Origin: a virus
DNA: 64,000 nucleotides
Strand: one strand, 5' to 3'
Virus record (IMG/VR): IMGVR_UViG_3300046513_000343
Coordinates: 1-64,000 of that record
The notes under the pieces are model-generated. The model worked only from the letters and a program-made list of their open reading frames with translations, was not told the DNA's origin and searched no databases. This document shows, in pieces, positions 38,330-48,334 of this stretch. Both the position numbers and the translations under genes were made by a program. The number at the start of each line of letters is the position of its first letter. Position 1 is the first letter of the stretch.

Positions 38330-39612
38330 GGCGTGTCCTCGAACAGGTCGGGCTGCAAGCTCGCGCCTTGCGGGGAAGACGCGCAATCCGCCGCGGCCGT
38401 GCGCTGCGCGTGCAGGATGCGCGCCTCGGCAATCGGCAGGTACTCCGGGGTCAGTTCGATGCCGATGAAGTCGAAGCCTTCCAGCATGCAGGCCTTGCCG
38501 GTGGAGCCGCTGCCCATGAACGGGTCCAGCACCACGCCGCCCGGTGGCGTCACCAGCCGCACCAGGTAACGCATCAGCTCGGTGGGCTTGACGGTCGGGT
38601 GAAAGTTGCCGCGTGCGCTGTTGGTGCGTGTTCCCTGGCTGCGCCCTGCGCGCTGGTCCACCGAGGTCTTGATGCCATTGAGCGGTTCGACGGTGTGCAG
38701 TGCGAAGCCCTCCAGCCCCTCGTTGCGGTCGCGCTGGGACACCTTGGCGCTGTAGAAGAAGCGCGCCGCGCTGCCGGTGTCAAAGTGACGTTCAGGAACG
38801 TCCTGCTGGCCGATATGGCCACTGGTGCTGATGCCACCGGCACCGCGCGCGGCCGGGGTATGGCCGACCGAGCTGGTGGTCGGGAAAGCGGCGATCACCT
38901 CGTCGCTGCCGTCGTGGATCAGGTTGGCGGGCCAGCGGCCAGGTGCGCCGCTCGGTGTCGTTTCGCCCATCTGGTACGTGCCGGGGCGGTATCCCGCTTC
39001 GGCCAGTGCGGCGTTGCGGCGGTCAACACCGCTTGGCGTCGTGTTCACGAAATCGCCAACCCGGCAACCGTCGATATTCAGTGCCCCGGTGCCGAACTGC
39101 AGCACGTTGGAGGCCACGGTGCCGATTAGGGGCTTGCGCGCCACGCAGATAGGCTCGTGCGCAGGTTTCAGCGCGGTGCCCCAGCCGGCGTGATCGCCGT
39201 CCAGGTTGAGCGATTTCGGGAATCCGCTGCCATACACCCACATGATCTGGTCGCGTATTTCAGCCCCGGCGTCCTCAATGGCGCACGCCATGCGGTGATA
39301 GGTGCGGCTGCCCGAGAACGCCAGCAGATGCCCGCCAGGTTTAAGCACGCGCATCGCTTCGGTCCACAGCTCCACGCTTTGCGCGATGTCGCCGCCGTCC
39401 CATTTCATGCCCATGAACCCTGCCGAATTTAAGTGGCTGACCTTGCTGTATGGACTGGTAGTGCTTTTGCTCTCGCTCGCCTTGCCGCTGCCGCCCTTCT
39501 TGCCGGTCGTCAGGTGGTACGGCGGGTCGGTGACGATGGCGTCCACCGAGTTGTCGGGCATGCCGCGCATCACGGCGAGGCAGTCGCCCAGGTGCAGGGT
39601 AAAGTCGCTCAT
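38323..39612 (-). CDS. DNA N6-adenine/N4-cytosine methyltransferase (beta class)
   Basis: LGDCL, VTDPPY, HPTVKP, LDPFMGSGSTG. Confidence 0.9.
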   Translation of the reverse strand: MSDFTLHLGDCLAVMRGMPDNSVDAIVTDPPYHLTTGKKGGSGKASESKSTTSPYSKVSHLNSAGFMGMKWDGGDIAQSVELWTEAMRVLKPGGHLLAFSGSRTYHRMACAIEDAGAEIRDQIMWVYGSGFPKSLNLDGDHAGWGTALKPAHEPICVARKPLIGTVASNVLQFGTGALNIDGCRVGDFVNTTPSGVDRRNAALAEAGYRPGTYQMGETTPSGAPGRWPANLIHDGSDEVIAAFPTTSSVGHTPAARGAGGISTSGHIGQQDVPERHFDTGSAARFFYSAKVSQRDRNEGLEGFALHTVEPLNGIKTSVDQRAGRSQGTRTNSARGNFHPTVKPTELMRYLVRLVTPPGGVVLDPFMGSGSTGKACMLEGFDFIGIELTPEYLPIAEARILHAQRTAAADCASSPQGASLQPDLFEDTPC

Positions 39613-39983
39613 GTCGAGAATCCGAACATGTCGCGTTGCGGCGGCTCCGGGGGCTGCGTGCCGACGGCTGCGAGGAATTCCTTCCAGTCGTCGCGGCGGT
39701 ATTCCCACAGCAGCGCGTGTTGAGGGTGCAGGATTGCAAAGACGCGGGCCAAATCGGGCGCACGATGGTCGTTGATTTTCAAGGTGCCGTCGCTATCGCG
39801 CAAGCGGGAGAAGTGGCGCATGTCCTCAACAATGGTACGTGCCGAGAAGTGCTGTCTGCCGCGTTCAAGCATGACCAGCGCATGGCGCTCAAAGTCGTCG
39901 TAGATCGTCGGGTTATCGGCCAGCCACGCCAAGAATCCTGGCGCGAAGAATTGCCTGTAGCTTGCCAAGCGTCGCACATTCAT
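39609..39983 (-). CDS. Hypothetical phage protein (possibly winged-helix-like)
   Basis: ATGA overlaps on both sides; NPTIYDDFE...HFSARTIVE..R...KINDH...AR pattern. Confidence 0.65.
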   Translation of the reverse strand: MNVRRLASYRQFFAPGFLAWLADNPTIYDDFERHALVMLERGRQHFSARTIVEDMRHFSRLRDSDGTLKINDHRAPDLARVFAILHPQHALLWEYRRDDWKEFLAAVGTQPPEPPQRDMFGFST

Positions 39984-40258
39984 TCGTCGCGCACCAGCAC
40001 GTTGACGAACAGCGGCGTCTTCTCGCCCACATACGCGCCCGAGGTGTTGAACTCGAACCATTCGACTGCCTCGTCGTGATCCCACTCGTTGTCCTCGGCC
40101 AGCGCAGCGATGCACTTGGCCGAGTCGTACACCGCCACCCCGGCGTGATGGCAGCCCTCGCTGATGCCAATCAAGGCGCGGTCGTAGGTCGCGCGCGGCT
40201 CCAGCAGCAGTGCTTCGGCATCCTCCAGCAGCTCCATCAGCACGTCGAGGTCAATCAT
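39980..40258 (-). CDS. Hypothetical phage protein
   Basis: YDRALIG...AVYD..KCI...EAVEWFEFNTSGAYVGEKTP. Confidence 0.7.
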   Translation of the reverse strand: MIDLDVLMELLEDAEALLLEPRATYDRALIGISEGCHHAGVAVYDSAKCIAALAEDNEWDHDEAVEWFEFNTSGAYVGEKTPLFVNVLVRDE

Positions 40259-40553
40259 TCGCGTTCTCCCTTGGGTCGAGTTGAGCCTGGGTGTTGATCC
40301 CGGCCTGGATCGCGTCGTGCAGCCAGAACAGCAGCGAGTCGGCGCGTTTGATGGTCGATTGCAGCGCGCGGATGGCCTCCGGGTCGGCCGGTGAGGCGTC
40401 CACCAGATCGGCCAGCGCATCGGTGCGTTCTTCCTCGGCCTTGCGCAGCAGGTATTGCCCCACCGGCGACTTGAGGAACAGTTCCGCGTCCAGGCCCAGC
40501 TCGACGGTGGCGTACATGTCGCGCAGCTCGCTTTGCTCGAACTGGCCGCTCAC
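40251..40553 (-). CDS. Small post-portal protein (Bbp19-like)
   Basis: 100 aa, overlaps portal stop; helical, AELFLKSPVGQYL. Confidence 0.65.
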   Translation of the reverse strand: MSGQFEQSELRDMYATVELGLDAELFLKSPVGQYLLRKAEEERTDALADLVDASPADPEAIRALQSTIKRADSLLFWLHDAIQAGINTQAQLDPRENAND

Positions 40554-43399
40554 TGCGCACCGCCGTACAGCTGCACCAGCCGGTCGAAGAAGTCAGCCCC
40601 CAGCGCGGCGACGACATCGGCGGGCACGATGAAGTCACCCTGCGCCATGCCGAGTGGTTGAGCGCTGCTTGGCAGCGGCCCCTGCGCGCCGCCGCTCGGC
40701 TGGTGGAACTGCGCCACCAGCTTGTCGAAGAAGTCGCGCCCCAGCGCCGCCACGACAGCGGCCGGAATGTGGTACTCGCCGTTCGACACCGCCAGCGGCT
40801 GGCCATTGGCCTGCGCCGCAATCGAGTCGGAGGTGCCGCTGCCGGGTCCGGCGATCAGGCCGCCGTTGGCCAGCCGCCCGTTGTTGAAGGCCGACCCGGA
40901 CAGCAGGTCGCGCGTCTGCGAATACGCCATCGCATCGTGCAGCGGGCTGTTGTTGAGCGCGTTCGGGGCCAGCCCCAGCGGAGCCAGGTTGTAGCTGGCC
41001 AGGTTGTCCGGCTCGCCCTCGGCGTTGGTGAACTCGCCGCCGCGTTGCAAGGTGTTGATGTAGTCGCCCTGGCTGTTGAACTGGGTCGGGTGGATCACCT
41101 GTTGCGCCGGGCGGGCCGCCCGCTGTTCGCTGGCCATGGCGGCATATTGCAAGTGTTGCCGCTGCTGGTCGGTCAGGCCGTCGTAGCCCACCATCTGCTC
41201 GATCAGGCCGCCGTCGGCGTAGGCTGCCTGCGCAATCGAGTCGGGGCGGGTGGTCTCGATGCCGTGCCGCTCGCCGATGCCCGGCGTGGCCGGTCCGGCC
41301 GGGCGCAGGGTGGTCGATGGCGGCGGCAGCGGTGGTGCGCTGCCATCGCCCGGCGTGAACACCATGCCGGTACGCTTGTTGGTGACCTCCTTGATGCCGA
41401 GATTGGCGTCCGGTAGGCCCGGTTGCGGGAAATTCGGGTCCACACCCGGCGGTGTCGGTGGCGTGTAGCCCGCCGCCTTCATCAACACGTCGGCAATCGG
41501 CGCCACCGCAGGCACGGCGGCGATCACTTCCGCCGTCTGCATGGCCGAGAACTGCGCCTCGGTGCCCTGCTTGACTGCGTTGGCGTTCTGCACCTTGTCC
41601 TTGACGCCCATGGACGCGATCTCGGCGTCGATCTTGCGCACCGTGGCGTCGATGATCTTCGGGTCCATCTTGGCGTCCAGCGCCTGCTGCAGCTGGTCGA
41701 TGGTGGCCTGCATCTGTTTCAGCTGCGGGTCCTCGTTCTGCATGTCGAAGAAGCGCGAACCGTCTTTGTAGCCGAGCTTGCCGAACAATTCCTTAATGAC
41801 TTCCTCGACCTTCAGGCCGAGGCGCATCAGGGAACCGTCGGAGAGCATGTCGCGCAGCGCGGTCATGCCGCTAATGAACTGTTTCACCTGGTCGGTCGGG
41901 TTGGTCGCGCCCATGCCGACATTCACATTCAGGGTGAACTCCTGCATCAGCATGTCGTCGGTGACTTGATCGACGCCGAACTTCTGCGCCAGCTGCGCCG
42001 CTTCGCCGCACAGGCCGACCAGCGTTTCGTCGGTCTCGTAGAACTGTTCCAGCAAGACGATCTGGCGCAGCACCGGCTCGACCCAGGTTTCCACGAACGT
42101 GCGCAGCTGGTAGCTGGACACCTGATTGGCGTTGGTGTCGAGCAGCTTCATGCCGCCCACGGTCTCGTTCAACTTCCTGTTCGACTGCACCGACGCCCCG
42201 CTGAACGCACCGGCCATGTCGTCGAAGTCCAGGTTCAGCACTTCCTGCTCCTTGTAGCTGGAGCCGGTGACGTCGTTGAACTCGACCACCTTGACGTCGT
42301 CTACGTCCTGCATCAGCGTCACCGAGCCCGGCACGTTGCGCGTGACGCTGCGGATATCCACTTGCTTGTTGCGCCGCGCGAAGTACCTTTTGTTCATCGC
42401 CAGCTTGACGTTGTCGATGCGCTGGTTGGCCACCTCGTTGATCTCGGCCTGCACGTCGCGCGTCAGGCGCGGCACCGAACTCGGGTAGGTCTTGTGCGTC
42501 TCGATGACGCACGAGCCGATCACGTAGGGCCGCTTGCCATGGAAGTAGCGCTGTTCCAGCGGCAGCGGCTCCGACAGCAGGTGTTCGCAGCCCAGCGTGT
42601 AGTACACGTAATCCGCGTCGTCCATGCTGACGATGTTCTTATGCACCCACACGATGTTGAAGGCGTTGTTGGCCTGCTGCTGGCTTTTGCTGTCCATGCG
42701 CTGGCCTTCGCGCTGCATGCGGATGGTGTCGCCGTAGCCCTTGGTGGCCGACAGGATGACCGCGTCCGGCAGCGTCTTCCACTTCGCCTCGCCGGTCTTC
42801 GGGTCCGGCGTGTTCATGCGCGCCTTGACTTCGCCCAGGTACATCGGGATCAGCTCGATCAGGTAGGGGCTGGTGCCGACCGGATCGGTCCAGCTCGCGC
42901 CTGGATCGAAGCGCAGGTTCTCGATGGGGATCAGGCGCACCTGCGGGCGGTCCAGCTTCTTCTTCTCGTTGTATTCCCAATACTGGTAGCTGGCCACCAC
43001 GCCCACCGTCTGCGCGTCCTGATAGGCACCGACCAGCGTCAGGAACCACGGTATCGACTTGGTCAGGCGGTACTGCAGCAGCTCGGCCATGACGGCGGCA
43101 CTGGCCTGCTGCAGCGGGTCGTTGTCGTTCTCGGCGGCGATCTGCACCACGTCCTGGGTGGCGAAGAAGGCCTCGGCGGCCACCGCCTCGTTCTTCCTGA
43201 TGGTGGCGCGCGTCTTGGGGCGGAACAAACGACTACGGCTCTTGTCGGCCAGATACTTGGAGCCGACCGGGTGCTGCCCCTGCGACTGGCGCAAGTCGGC
43301 CTCGATCTGCTGACGGATCGAGGCGTCGAAGTAGCTGGTGGACGCGGTGTAGGCGTCGCGCGCCAGCGTCAGCCAGTCGGGAGCGGTGTTGGTCATCAT
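40550..43399 (-). CDS. Portal protein with long C-terminal extension
   Basis: ATGA start at 43399, 949 aa; LFRPKTR, FDPGA.W.DP, QAEINEVANQRIDNV, NETVGGM; between terL and scaffold. Confidence 0.85.
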   Translation of the reverse strand: MMTNTAPDWLTLARDAYTASTSYFDASIRQQIEADLRQSQGQHPVGSKYLADKSRSRLFRPKTRATIRKNEAVAAEAFFATQDVVQIAAENDNDPLQQASAAVMAELLQYRLTKSIPWFLTLVGAYQDAQTVGVVASYQYWEYNEKKKLDRPQVRLIPIENLRFDPGASWTDPVGTSPYLIELIPMYLGEVKARMNTPDPKTGEAKWKTLPDAVILSATKGYGDTIRMQREGQRMDSKSQQQANNAFNIVWVHKNIVSMDDADYVYYTLGCEHLLSEPLPLEQRYFHGKRPYVIGSCVIETHKTYPSSVPRLTRDVQAEINEVANQRIDNVKLAMNKRYFARRNKQVDIRSVTRNVPGSVTLMQDVDDVKVVEFNDVTGSSYKEQEVLNLDFDDMAGAFSGASVQSNRKLNETVGGMKLLDTNANQVSSYQLRTFVETWVEPVLRQIVLLEQFYETDETLVGLCGEAAQLAQKFGVDQVTDDMLMQEFTLNVNVGMGATNPTDQVKQFISGMTALRDMLSDGSLMRLGLKVEEVIKELFGKLGYKDGSRFFDMQNEDPQLKQMQATIDQLQQALDAKMDPKIIDATVRKIDAEIASMGVKDKVQNANAVKQGTEAQFSAMQTAEVIAAVPAVAPIADVLMKAAGYTPPTPPGVDPNFPQPGLPDANLGIKEVTNKRTGMVFTPGDGSAPPLPPPSTTLRPAGPATPGIGERHGIETTRPDSIAQAAYADGGLIEQMVGYDGLTDQQRQHLQYAAMASEQRAARPAQQVIHPTQFNSQGDYINTLQRGGEFTNAEGEPDNLASYNLAPLGLAPNALNNSPLHDAMAYSQTRDLLSGSAFNNGRLANGGLIAGPGSGTSDSIAAQANGQPLAVSNGEYHIPAAVVAALGRDFFDKLVAQFHQPSGGAQGPLPSSAQPLGMAQGDFIVPADVVAALGADFFDRLVQLYGGAQ

Positions 43400-43752
43400 G
43401 TGTCGAATGTGAATTCGCCCTTGAAATCGGTTTTCAGGTCGGCGTACTGCTGTTCGTTGAAGCGGCCAGCCTGCAGGCGGTAGCGCTCCAGCAGCTCGCC
43501 CCCGGCGCGGATCACGTCGGCCTTGAAGGCACTGGCGCTGTAGATATCGGGAATCTTGATGACAAAGCCCATGTTCCCCGACAGCAGCAGGTTGCGGATG
43601 ATGCACAGCCCCGTCTTCGAGTCCGCCGACACCGCCCACAAGTGCGGCGCGGGGTAGTGCGCCACCAGCGCATCGGCCATGGTCTTGGCCATCAGGTGGT
43701 CATTTGCCGTGGTGACGGCGGTCTCGTCCAGGCCGTTGAGCAGTCGTGTCAT
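43396..43752 (-). CDS. Hypothetical phage protein
   Basis: 118 aa; HYP..HLWAV...VIRAGGELLERY. Confidence 0.7.
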   Translation of the reverse strand: MTRLLNGLDETAVTTANDHLMAKTMADALVAHYPAPHLWAVSADSKTGLCIIRNLLLSGNMGFVIKIPDIYSASAFKADVIRAGGELLERYRLQAGRFNEQQYADLKTDFKGEFTFDT

Positions 43753-43758
43753 AGGTTC

Positions 43759-43944
43759 TCAGTCGTCGTACTGGTCTGGTTCGGTCTCGGATTGGATCAA
43801 GCGCGCTTTCTCGCTCTCCGACAGCCACTGGTATTGCACCCAGCTGTAGTAGTGGCGGATCGCTTCCGGCAGCGCGTCGTACTCGGCGCGTGCCTGATCG
43901 CGCTGTTCGTCCATGGCCTCCTGGCGGGTGCGCGGGAAACTCAT
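43759..43944 (-). CDS. Hypothetical protein
   Basis: 61 aa, ATGA-coupled. Confidence 0.55.
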   Translation of the reverse strand: MSFPRTRQEAMDEQRDQARAEYDALPEAIRHYYSWVQYQWLSESEKARLIQSETEPDQYDD

Positions 43945-44162
43945 GGCGTGCCTGCGTCGGCGGCTACGTCGCCGATGAAGCGGAACGACTCGATGGTCCC
44001 GATCTCGCCGCGCAGCGGTTCCAGGCTGGGCAGATTGGCATCGGCGCGCTGGGCGTAGCGCTGGCGGCTGCGTAGCATCAGGTACTGGCCGCGCGGCGTC
44101 ATGTCGAACAGGTCGGCACCGCGCCAGCAGCGGCGCGATATCTGCCAAGTCAGGTAGGGCAT
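43941..44162 (-). CDS. Hypothetical protein
   Basis: AAGGAG SD, 73 aa. Confidence 0.55.
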   Translation of the reverse strand: MPYLTWQISRRCWRGADLFDMTPRGQYLMLRSRQRYAQRADANLPSLEPLRGEIGTIESFRFIGDVAADAGTP

Positions 44163-44173
44163 GGGCGGCTCCT

Positions 44174-44356
44174 TCAAGGTGGCGGTGGGTCGTCGTCCAG
44201 CGGGCGCGGGTCGTACAGCGAGTTGTCGGTGCGCGTGCGTCCGTTGCTGAAGGTGTAGGTGCCGCCCGGCGAGGGCGTGTTCGCTTCCGGGTCGGCCAGT
44301 CCGACTTCGTTGCTCCAGAGCTGGGTGGTGAAGCTGGGGATGGTCGGATCAGGCAT
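44174..44356 (-). CDS. Hypothetical protein
   Basis: AGGAGG SD, 60 aa. Confidence 0.55.
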   Translation of the reverse strand: MPDPTIPSFTTQLWSNEVGLADPEANTPSPGGTYTFSNGRTRTDNSLYDPRPLDDDPPPP

Positions 44357-44357
44357 G

Positions 44358-44627
44358 TCAGCCTCCTTTAAAGCCGCGCCCCTGGTGCTTGCTCGACGCG
44401 GGCACATGGTTGTTGGCGGCGTTGTGGGTATCGGTGCGCACCACCCCGCGCGGCGTGGCCACGCTGGGCACCAGACGCTGGCTGGCGGCCACCGGCGGGC
44501 GCGCCATCGGCGAGGGCGCGGGCATGGGCGCTGGCGGTGGCGGTGCGGACTGGACCGGCAGCGGTGGCGGCGGGCCTTGAACTGGCATGGGCGGCAGGGG
44601 CGCTTTCAACTTGGACATGGCGGGCAT
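44358..44627 (-). CDS. Pro-rich hypothetical protein
   Basis: 89 aa, in tightly packed operon. Confidence 0.5.
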   Translation of the reverse strand: MPAMSKLKAPLPPMPVQGPPPPLPVQSAPPPPAPMPAPSPMARPPVAASQRLVPSVATPRGVVRTDTHNAANNHVPASSKHQGRGFKGG

Positions 44628-44633
44628 CCTCGG

Positions 44634-44900
44634 TTATAGGTACTGCACTTCATTGCGGCAGGTAATGAGCCGGGGCGCGCTGGCCTGCACGGTGAACACC
44701 AGCTCGATGCCGTGGAACTGTCCGTGCAGGCCGTGCGCGATCTGGTCCTGATAGAAACGTGGTTCGCTGTACAGGTCCGGCTTGAGCGCCGGGTGCAGCT
44801 CGAAGCGGCGCGGCTTGCGGCCCTGGTAGGTCTTGATGTGCTGGTGCAGTGCGTGTTCGAGCATGTGCGTCAGACCGCACGCCAGTTCTGGTAGTTCCAT
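44634..44900 (-). CDS. Hypothetical protein
   Basis: GGAG SD, MELPELACGL..., 88 aa. Confidence 0.55.
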   Translation of the reverse strand: MELPELACGLTHMLEHALHQHIKTYQGRKPRRFELHPALKPDLYSEPRFYQDQIAHGLHGQFHGIELVFTVQASAPRLITCRNEVQYL

Positions 44901-44980
44901 GCGGGGTTTCTCCGACAAAGCCCCGATCCGGCTTGCATAGCGGGCCGTGGTGGCGTTTAAACGGGGACGCCGGTAGGTTG

Positions 44981-45130
44981 CTACCAGCAGAAACAGGGGT
45001 TGAAGGAGCGCACCAGCCAGACCACCGTGGCCAGCATTGCGCCGACGATCAAGAGCCACAGCAGCGTGGCGACGACGTAGACCATGGGGCTGGGCCGGGA
45101 CGAGTGCGGGCGGTAGTGGGGCAGCGGCAT
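44981..45130 (-). CDS. 49-aa single-pass membrane protein (below ORF-track cutoff)
   Basis: AGGAGG SD; MPLPHYRPHSSRPSPMVYVVATLLWLLIVGAMLATVVWLVRSFNPCFCW. Confidence 0.6.
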   Translation of the reverse strand: MPLPHYRPHSSRPSPMVYVVATLLWLLIVGAMLATVVWLVRSFNPCFCW

Positions 45131-45156
45131 ACGGTCCTCCTGTCGGTTGGCTGTGC

Positions 45157-46773
45157 TCACATGCCGTCGGCGTAGGTTTCCGGCTCCAGCATGCGTTCGT
45201 CGATGATCTGCGGCGGCACCGGCTCCATGTCGTACAGGCGGCTGGCGGCGTCGATCAGGTCCTTCTTGGCGCTGAACGGGTAGGTCAGGAATTCTTCGAG
45301 AAAACCCTTGTTCAGGCTGTACACATTGCCCTCGTGGTCGCGGCGCTGCACCGGCTTGAAGATGCGGAACGGCTGGCCCTGCTCGCGGATGCGGCGCTGG
45401 TTGGCGGTCTCGGTGGGCGTCACGGTGGCCAGGAAGAACTTGTGCCCCATGAAGTCGGGCTGCAACCTCTGCACGCGGTCGTCCTTGGCCTGCGCGCCGT
45501 CGGAAGTCCAGTTCAGTTCCTCGATGGCAAACGCATCCTTGTCGCGCACCATTTGTTCCTCGAAATACTCAAGGTCGGCCTGCATGCCATAGCGCTCGTA
45601 GCCGACCTTGACCATTTGCACGCCCGGTTGTGCCAGCCACACGCGGCGCAGGCCGCGCAGGGCCTCCCAGCGCTCGCGCAGGCCCATCTTGTGGCGGTAG
45701 CCGTCCAACAGATATTTGTTGTTGCCCGCGTCGACGCCGATCACCGCCATGGCCGTGTTGTCCGACCCCTTCTTTTTGCTGTGGGCCGGGTCAACCATGA
45801 TGTACACGTTGAGCGTGGCGGGCCGCACATCGATGAACGACAGCCACTCCTTGCGGAACATCGCCTCGTTGCCCGCCGCCGGGTTCTGCAATTGCTGGCA
45901 GGCGATGGTGGCCGGACCCTGCACCAGCTTCTTGGCAGCCCACGCCTCGGCGGTCAGGAACACCGGCACGCCGTCCGGCATGCCGTTGGCGGTGGCCGGG
46001 AAGATGCGCGCCTTCAATGCGCCGCGCTCCAGGATGGCGTTGTAGCTGTCGGCAAAGCTGTAGCGGGTCCCAAAATGCCATGCGCGCGTGTTGCCGTTCT
46101 CACCGCGCGCGCCCAGGTTGTCGGACAGCTCCCATGCGCTGGTGGTCTTGCTGACCTGATCCGGCGTGCTGACCGACTCGCGCGTGACGACGTCGTCATA
46201 CACGCGCAGCATGAAGTGCGCGCCGGTCGGCTGACCATCGACTAGGCCGTGCGCCTCGACTGACGCCTCTTTGGGGTTGGACTTGCGGCGCACCACAATG
46301 CCCTTTTCCTCGCTCCACTTGCTGCTCTCGTTGCGCGGGTCGGCGTACAGCACGTCCGGGTAGGTCTGCTGCAGCTCGCGGTTCGCTTCCAACTCCTGTT
46401 TGATCTGCAGCAGGAATTTACGGGCAACGGGCTTGGTATGGCTGAAAATGCCGATGGTGCACTCGGGGTCGATCAGCAGTTCCTGGATGATCCCGGCGAA
46501 ACTGCCCAGGGTGCTCTTGTAATGCTCGCGCGCCCATAGGTCCAGGTGCCCATCCGGGGCCGCCTCCAGTTCGCGGCAGCGCGCGTACAGCCACGGATGC
46601 ACCGCATCGAGCCGGTGCAGCAGGCGCACCAGCAGATAGAAACGGTCATTGCGGCCCAGCCAGGCCTTGCCCGGCAGGCCGTATTGGCGTTCGATGACCT
46701 GCCATAGGTCGGCAATGCAGTCAAACGGCGCACTCTGCAGCGCCACCCTTACATCACTCGGTAGCGTCAGCAT
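45157..46773 (-). CDS. terL: Terminase large subunit
   Basis: WAREHYKST Walker A variant, YDDVV Walker B, GTRY, VDPA...SDNTAM nuclease motif, KDLIDA. Confidence 0.9.
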   Translation of the reverse strand: MLTLPSDVRVALQSAPFDCIADLWQVIERQYGLPGKAWLGRNDRFYLLVRLLHRLDAVHPWLYARCRELEAAPDGHLDLWAREHYKSTLGSFAGIIQELLIDPECTIGIFSHTKPVARKFLLQIKQELEANRELQQTYPDVLYADPRNESSKWSEEKGIVVRRKSNPKEASVEAHGLVDGQPTGAHFMLRVYDDVVTRESVSTPDQVSKTTSAWELSDNLGARGENGNTRAWHFGTRYSFADSYNAILERGALKARIFPATANGMPDGVPVFLTAEAWAAKKLVQGPATIACQQLQNPAAGNEAMFRKEWLSFIDVRPATLNVYIMVDPAHSKKKGSDNTAMAVIGVDAGNNKYLLDGYRHKMGLRERWEALRGLRRVWLAQPGVQMVKVGYERYGMQADLEYFEEQMVRDKDAFAIEELNWTSDGAQAKDDRVQRLQPDFMGHKFFLATVTPTETANQRRIREQGQPFRIFKPVQRRDHEGNVYSLNKGFLEEFLTYPFSAKKDLIDAASRLYDMEPVPPQIIDERMLEPETYADGM

Positions 46774-47317
46774 CGCCGCCAGCGGGCTGTTCTAGGCGGC
46801 GCTTGAAGGCGGCGCGCAGCTCGGCGAAGCCGTCGCCGATATCCACCGACACGGACGCCTCGGGCGGCTCGTCGGCGTCCAGCGAACGTACTTTACGGAT
46901 GGTCTCGACGGCGATCTTGTTCGATTCGACAATCAGCTTGACGTCCTTGGGGTGGTCCACCTGTGAGCACATGGCCAGCAGGGTGGCCATGCAGCGGCGT
47001 GCCACGGTCAGGCCCATGTTCATGTCGGCTACGTCCTGGCTGGCCGCGTCCAGGCGTAGCTGACGAACTGCGTCATCAGTGAAGGCGTTCGTCATGTCCT
47101 CGCCAAGTGGGACGCCTGCCATGGCCTCACGCACCATGCCGCGCTTGACCTCGGCGTTGCCCTTGACCCAGCCGTGCCGCTTGGCGTGACGGCGCAATGT
47201 CGCTTCCGGGATGCCGTACTTGTTGGCCAGGGCATTCACGCTCCAGCCGCCCGCCATGAAATCCAGCTCGGCGGCGGCGAAGTCGTACTGCGCTGGCGGC
47301 GTGCTGTTCGCTGCCAT
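46754..47317 (-). CDS. terS: Terminase small subunit
   Basis: N-terminal HTH (SVNALANKYGIPEATLRRHAKRHGW), overlaps terL start. Confidence 0.8.
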   Translation of the reverse strand: MAANSTPPAQYDFAAAELDFMAGGWSVNALANKYGIPEATLRRHAKRHGWVKGNAEVKRGMVREAMAGVPLGEDMTNAFTDDAVRQLRLDAASQDVADMNMGLTVARRCMATLLAMCSQVDHPKDVKLIVESNKIAVETIRKVRSLDADEPPEASVSVDIGDGFAELRAAFKRRLEQPAGGDADATE

Positions 47318-47327
47318 GATTTGGTCC

Positions 47328-47356
47328 TTGAATATGTAGCACTATGCTATATAGTG
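47328..47356 (+). promoter_or_regulatory. Sigma70-like promoter with overlapping palindromes for the accessory cluster
   Basis: TTGAAT-N16-TATAGT; inverted repeats TAGCA-cta-TGCTA and CACTAT-n5-ATAGTG. Confidence 0.55.
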
Positions 47357-47402
47357 AATGAACGGGCAATTGCGCCCGCGCCCCGCTATGCCACTGGAGA
47401 CT

Positions 47403-48257
47403 ATGATGACTACCACCGCTCTGAGCAACGACCAGCTGATGAAGTACGCCCCTTCCATCTTCGCCACGTCGGCGTGGAACGGCGTGTCGGACCGCTACGC
47501 TTTCATCCCCACCATCGAGGTTGTCGAAGGCCTGCGCCGCGAGGGATTCATGCCGGTGCGCGCCCAGCAAAGCGCCTGCCGCGTCGAGGGCAAGGAGGCC
47601 TACACCAAGCACATGATCCGCTTCCAGCGCGCGCAGGACATGGTCGACCGGCAGGCCGTCAACCCCGGCCACCACTTCTATGCGCAGCATGGCGAGCTGG
47701 AACCGGAAATCCCCGAGATCGTGCTGGTCAACTCGCACGACCGCTCCAGCGGCTACCAGCTTGAAGCGGGCCTGTTCCGCCTGAAATGCTCCAACGGCCT
47801 GACGGTCAAGTCGTCCGACCTGGGTTCGATCAGCGTGCGCCATTCCGGCAACGTATCGGACATGGTCATCGATGGCTGCTGCCGCATCATCGAGAGCATG
47901 CCCAAGGTGCTGGAGCATGTGGACACCATGAAGCGCATCCAGCTCGACCCGCGCGAGCAGGCCATCTTCGCCGCTGCCGCCGTGCAGCTGCGCTACCCCA
48001 ATGACGAGGACGGCAAGTACACCGCCCCCTTCCAGCCCGCCGACTTGCTGGTCCCGCGCCGCCGCGACGACGCCCTGCCCGACCTGTGGACCACCTTCAA
48101 CACCGTGCAAGAGAACTTCATGAAGGGCGGTCTGCGCGGGCGCGGCACCACCGGCAAGCGCATGCACACCCGCGCGGTGAACTCGGTCAATGAGGATTTG
48201 CGCCTGAATAAAGCGTTGTGGGTGCTGGCCGAACAGATGGCAGTCTTGAAGGCCTGA
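47403..48257 (+). CDS. DUF932-family protein
   Basis: APSIFA...SDRYAFIPT...YTKHMIRF...EIVLVNSHD.SS.YQL.AGLFRL.CSNGL...RR.DD...LWTTFN.VQEN. Confidence 0.85.
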   Translation: MMTTTALSNDQLMKYAPSIFATSAWNGVSDRYAFIPTIEVVEGLRREGFMPVRAQQSACRVEGKEAYTKHMIRFQRAQDMVDRQAVNPGHHFYAQHGELEPEIPEIVLVNSHDRSSGYQLEAGLFRLKCSNGLTVKSSDLGSISVRHSGNVSDMVIDGCCRIIESMPKVLEHVDTMKRIQLDPREQAIFAAAAVQLRYPNDEDGKYTAPFQPADLLVPRRRDDALPDLWTTFNTVQENFMKGGLRGRGTTGKRMHTRAVNSVNEDLRLNKALWVLAEQMAVLKA

Positions 48258-48334
48258 GCCAGCACGGACCGGGGCATGCCGCCCCGGTTCGTCACCTCGT
48301 CACCCATTCTCGTCACTTACACAAGGAGTTCGTC

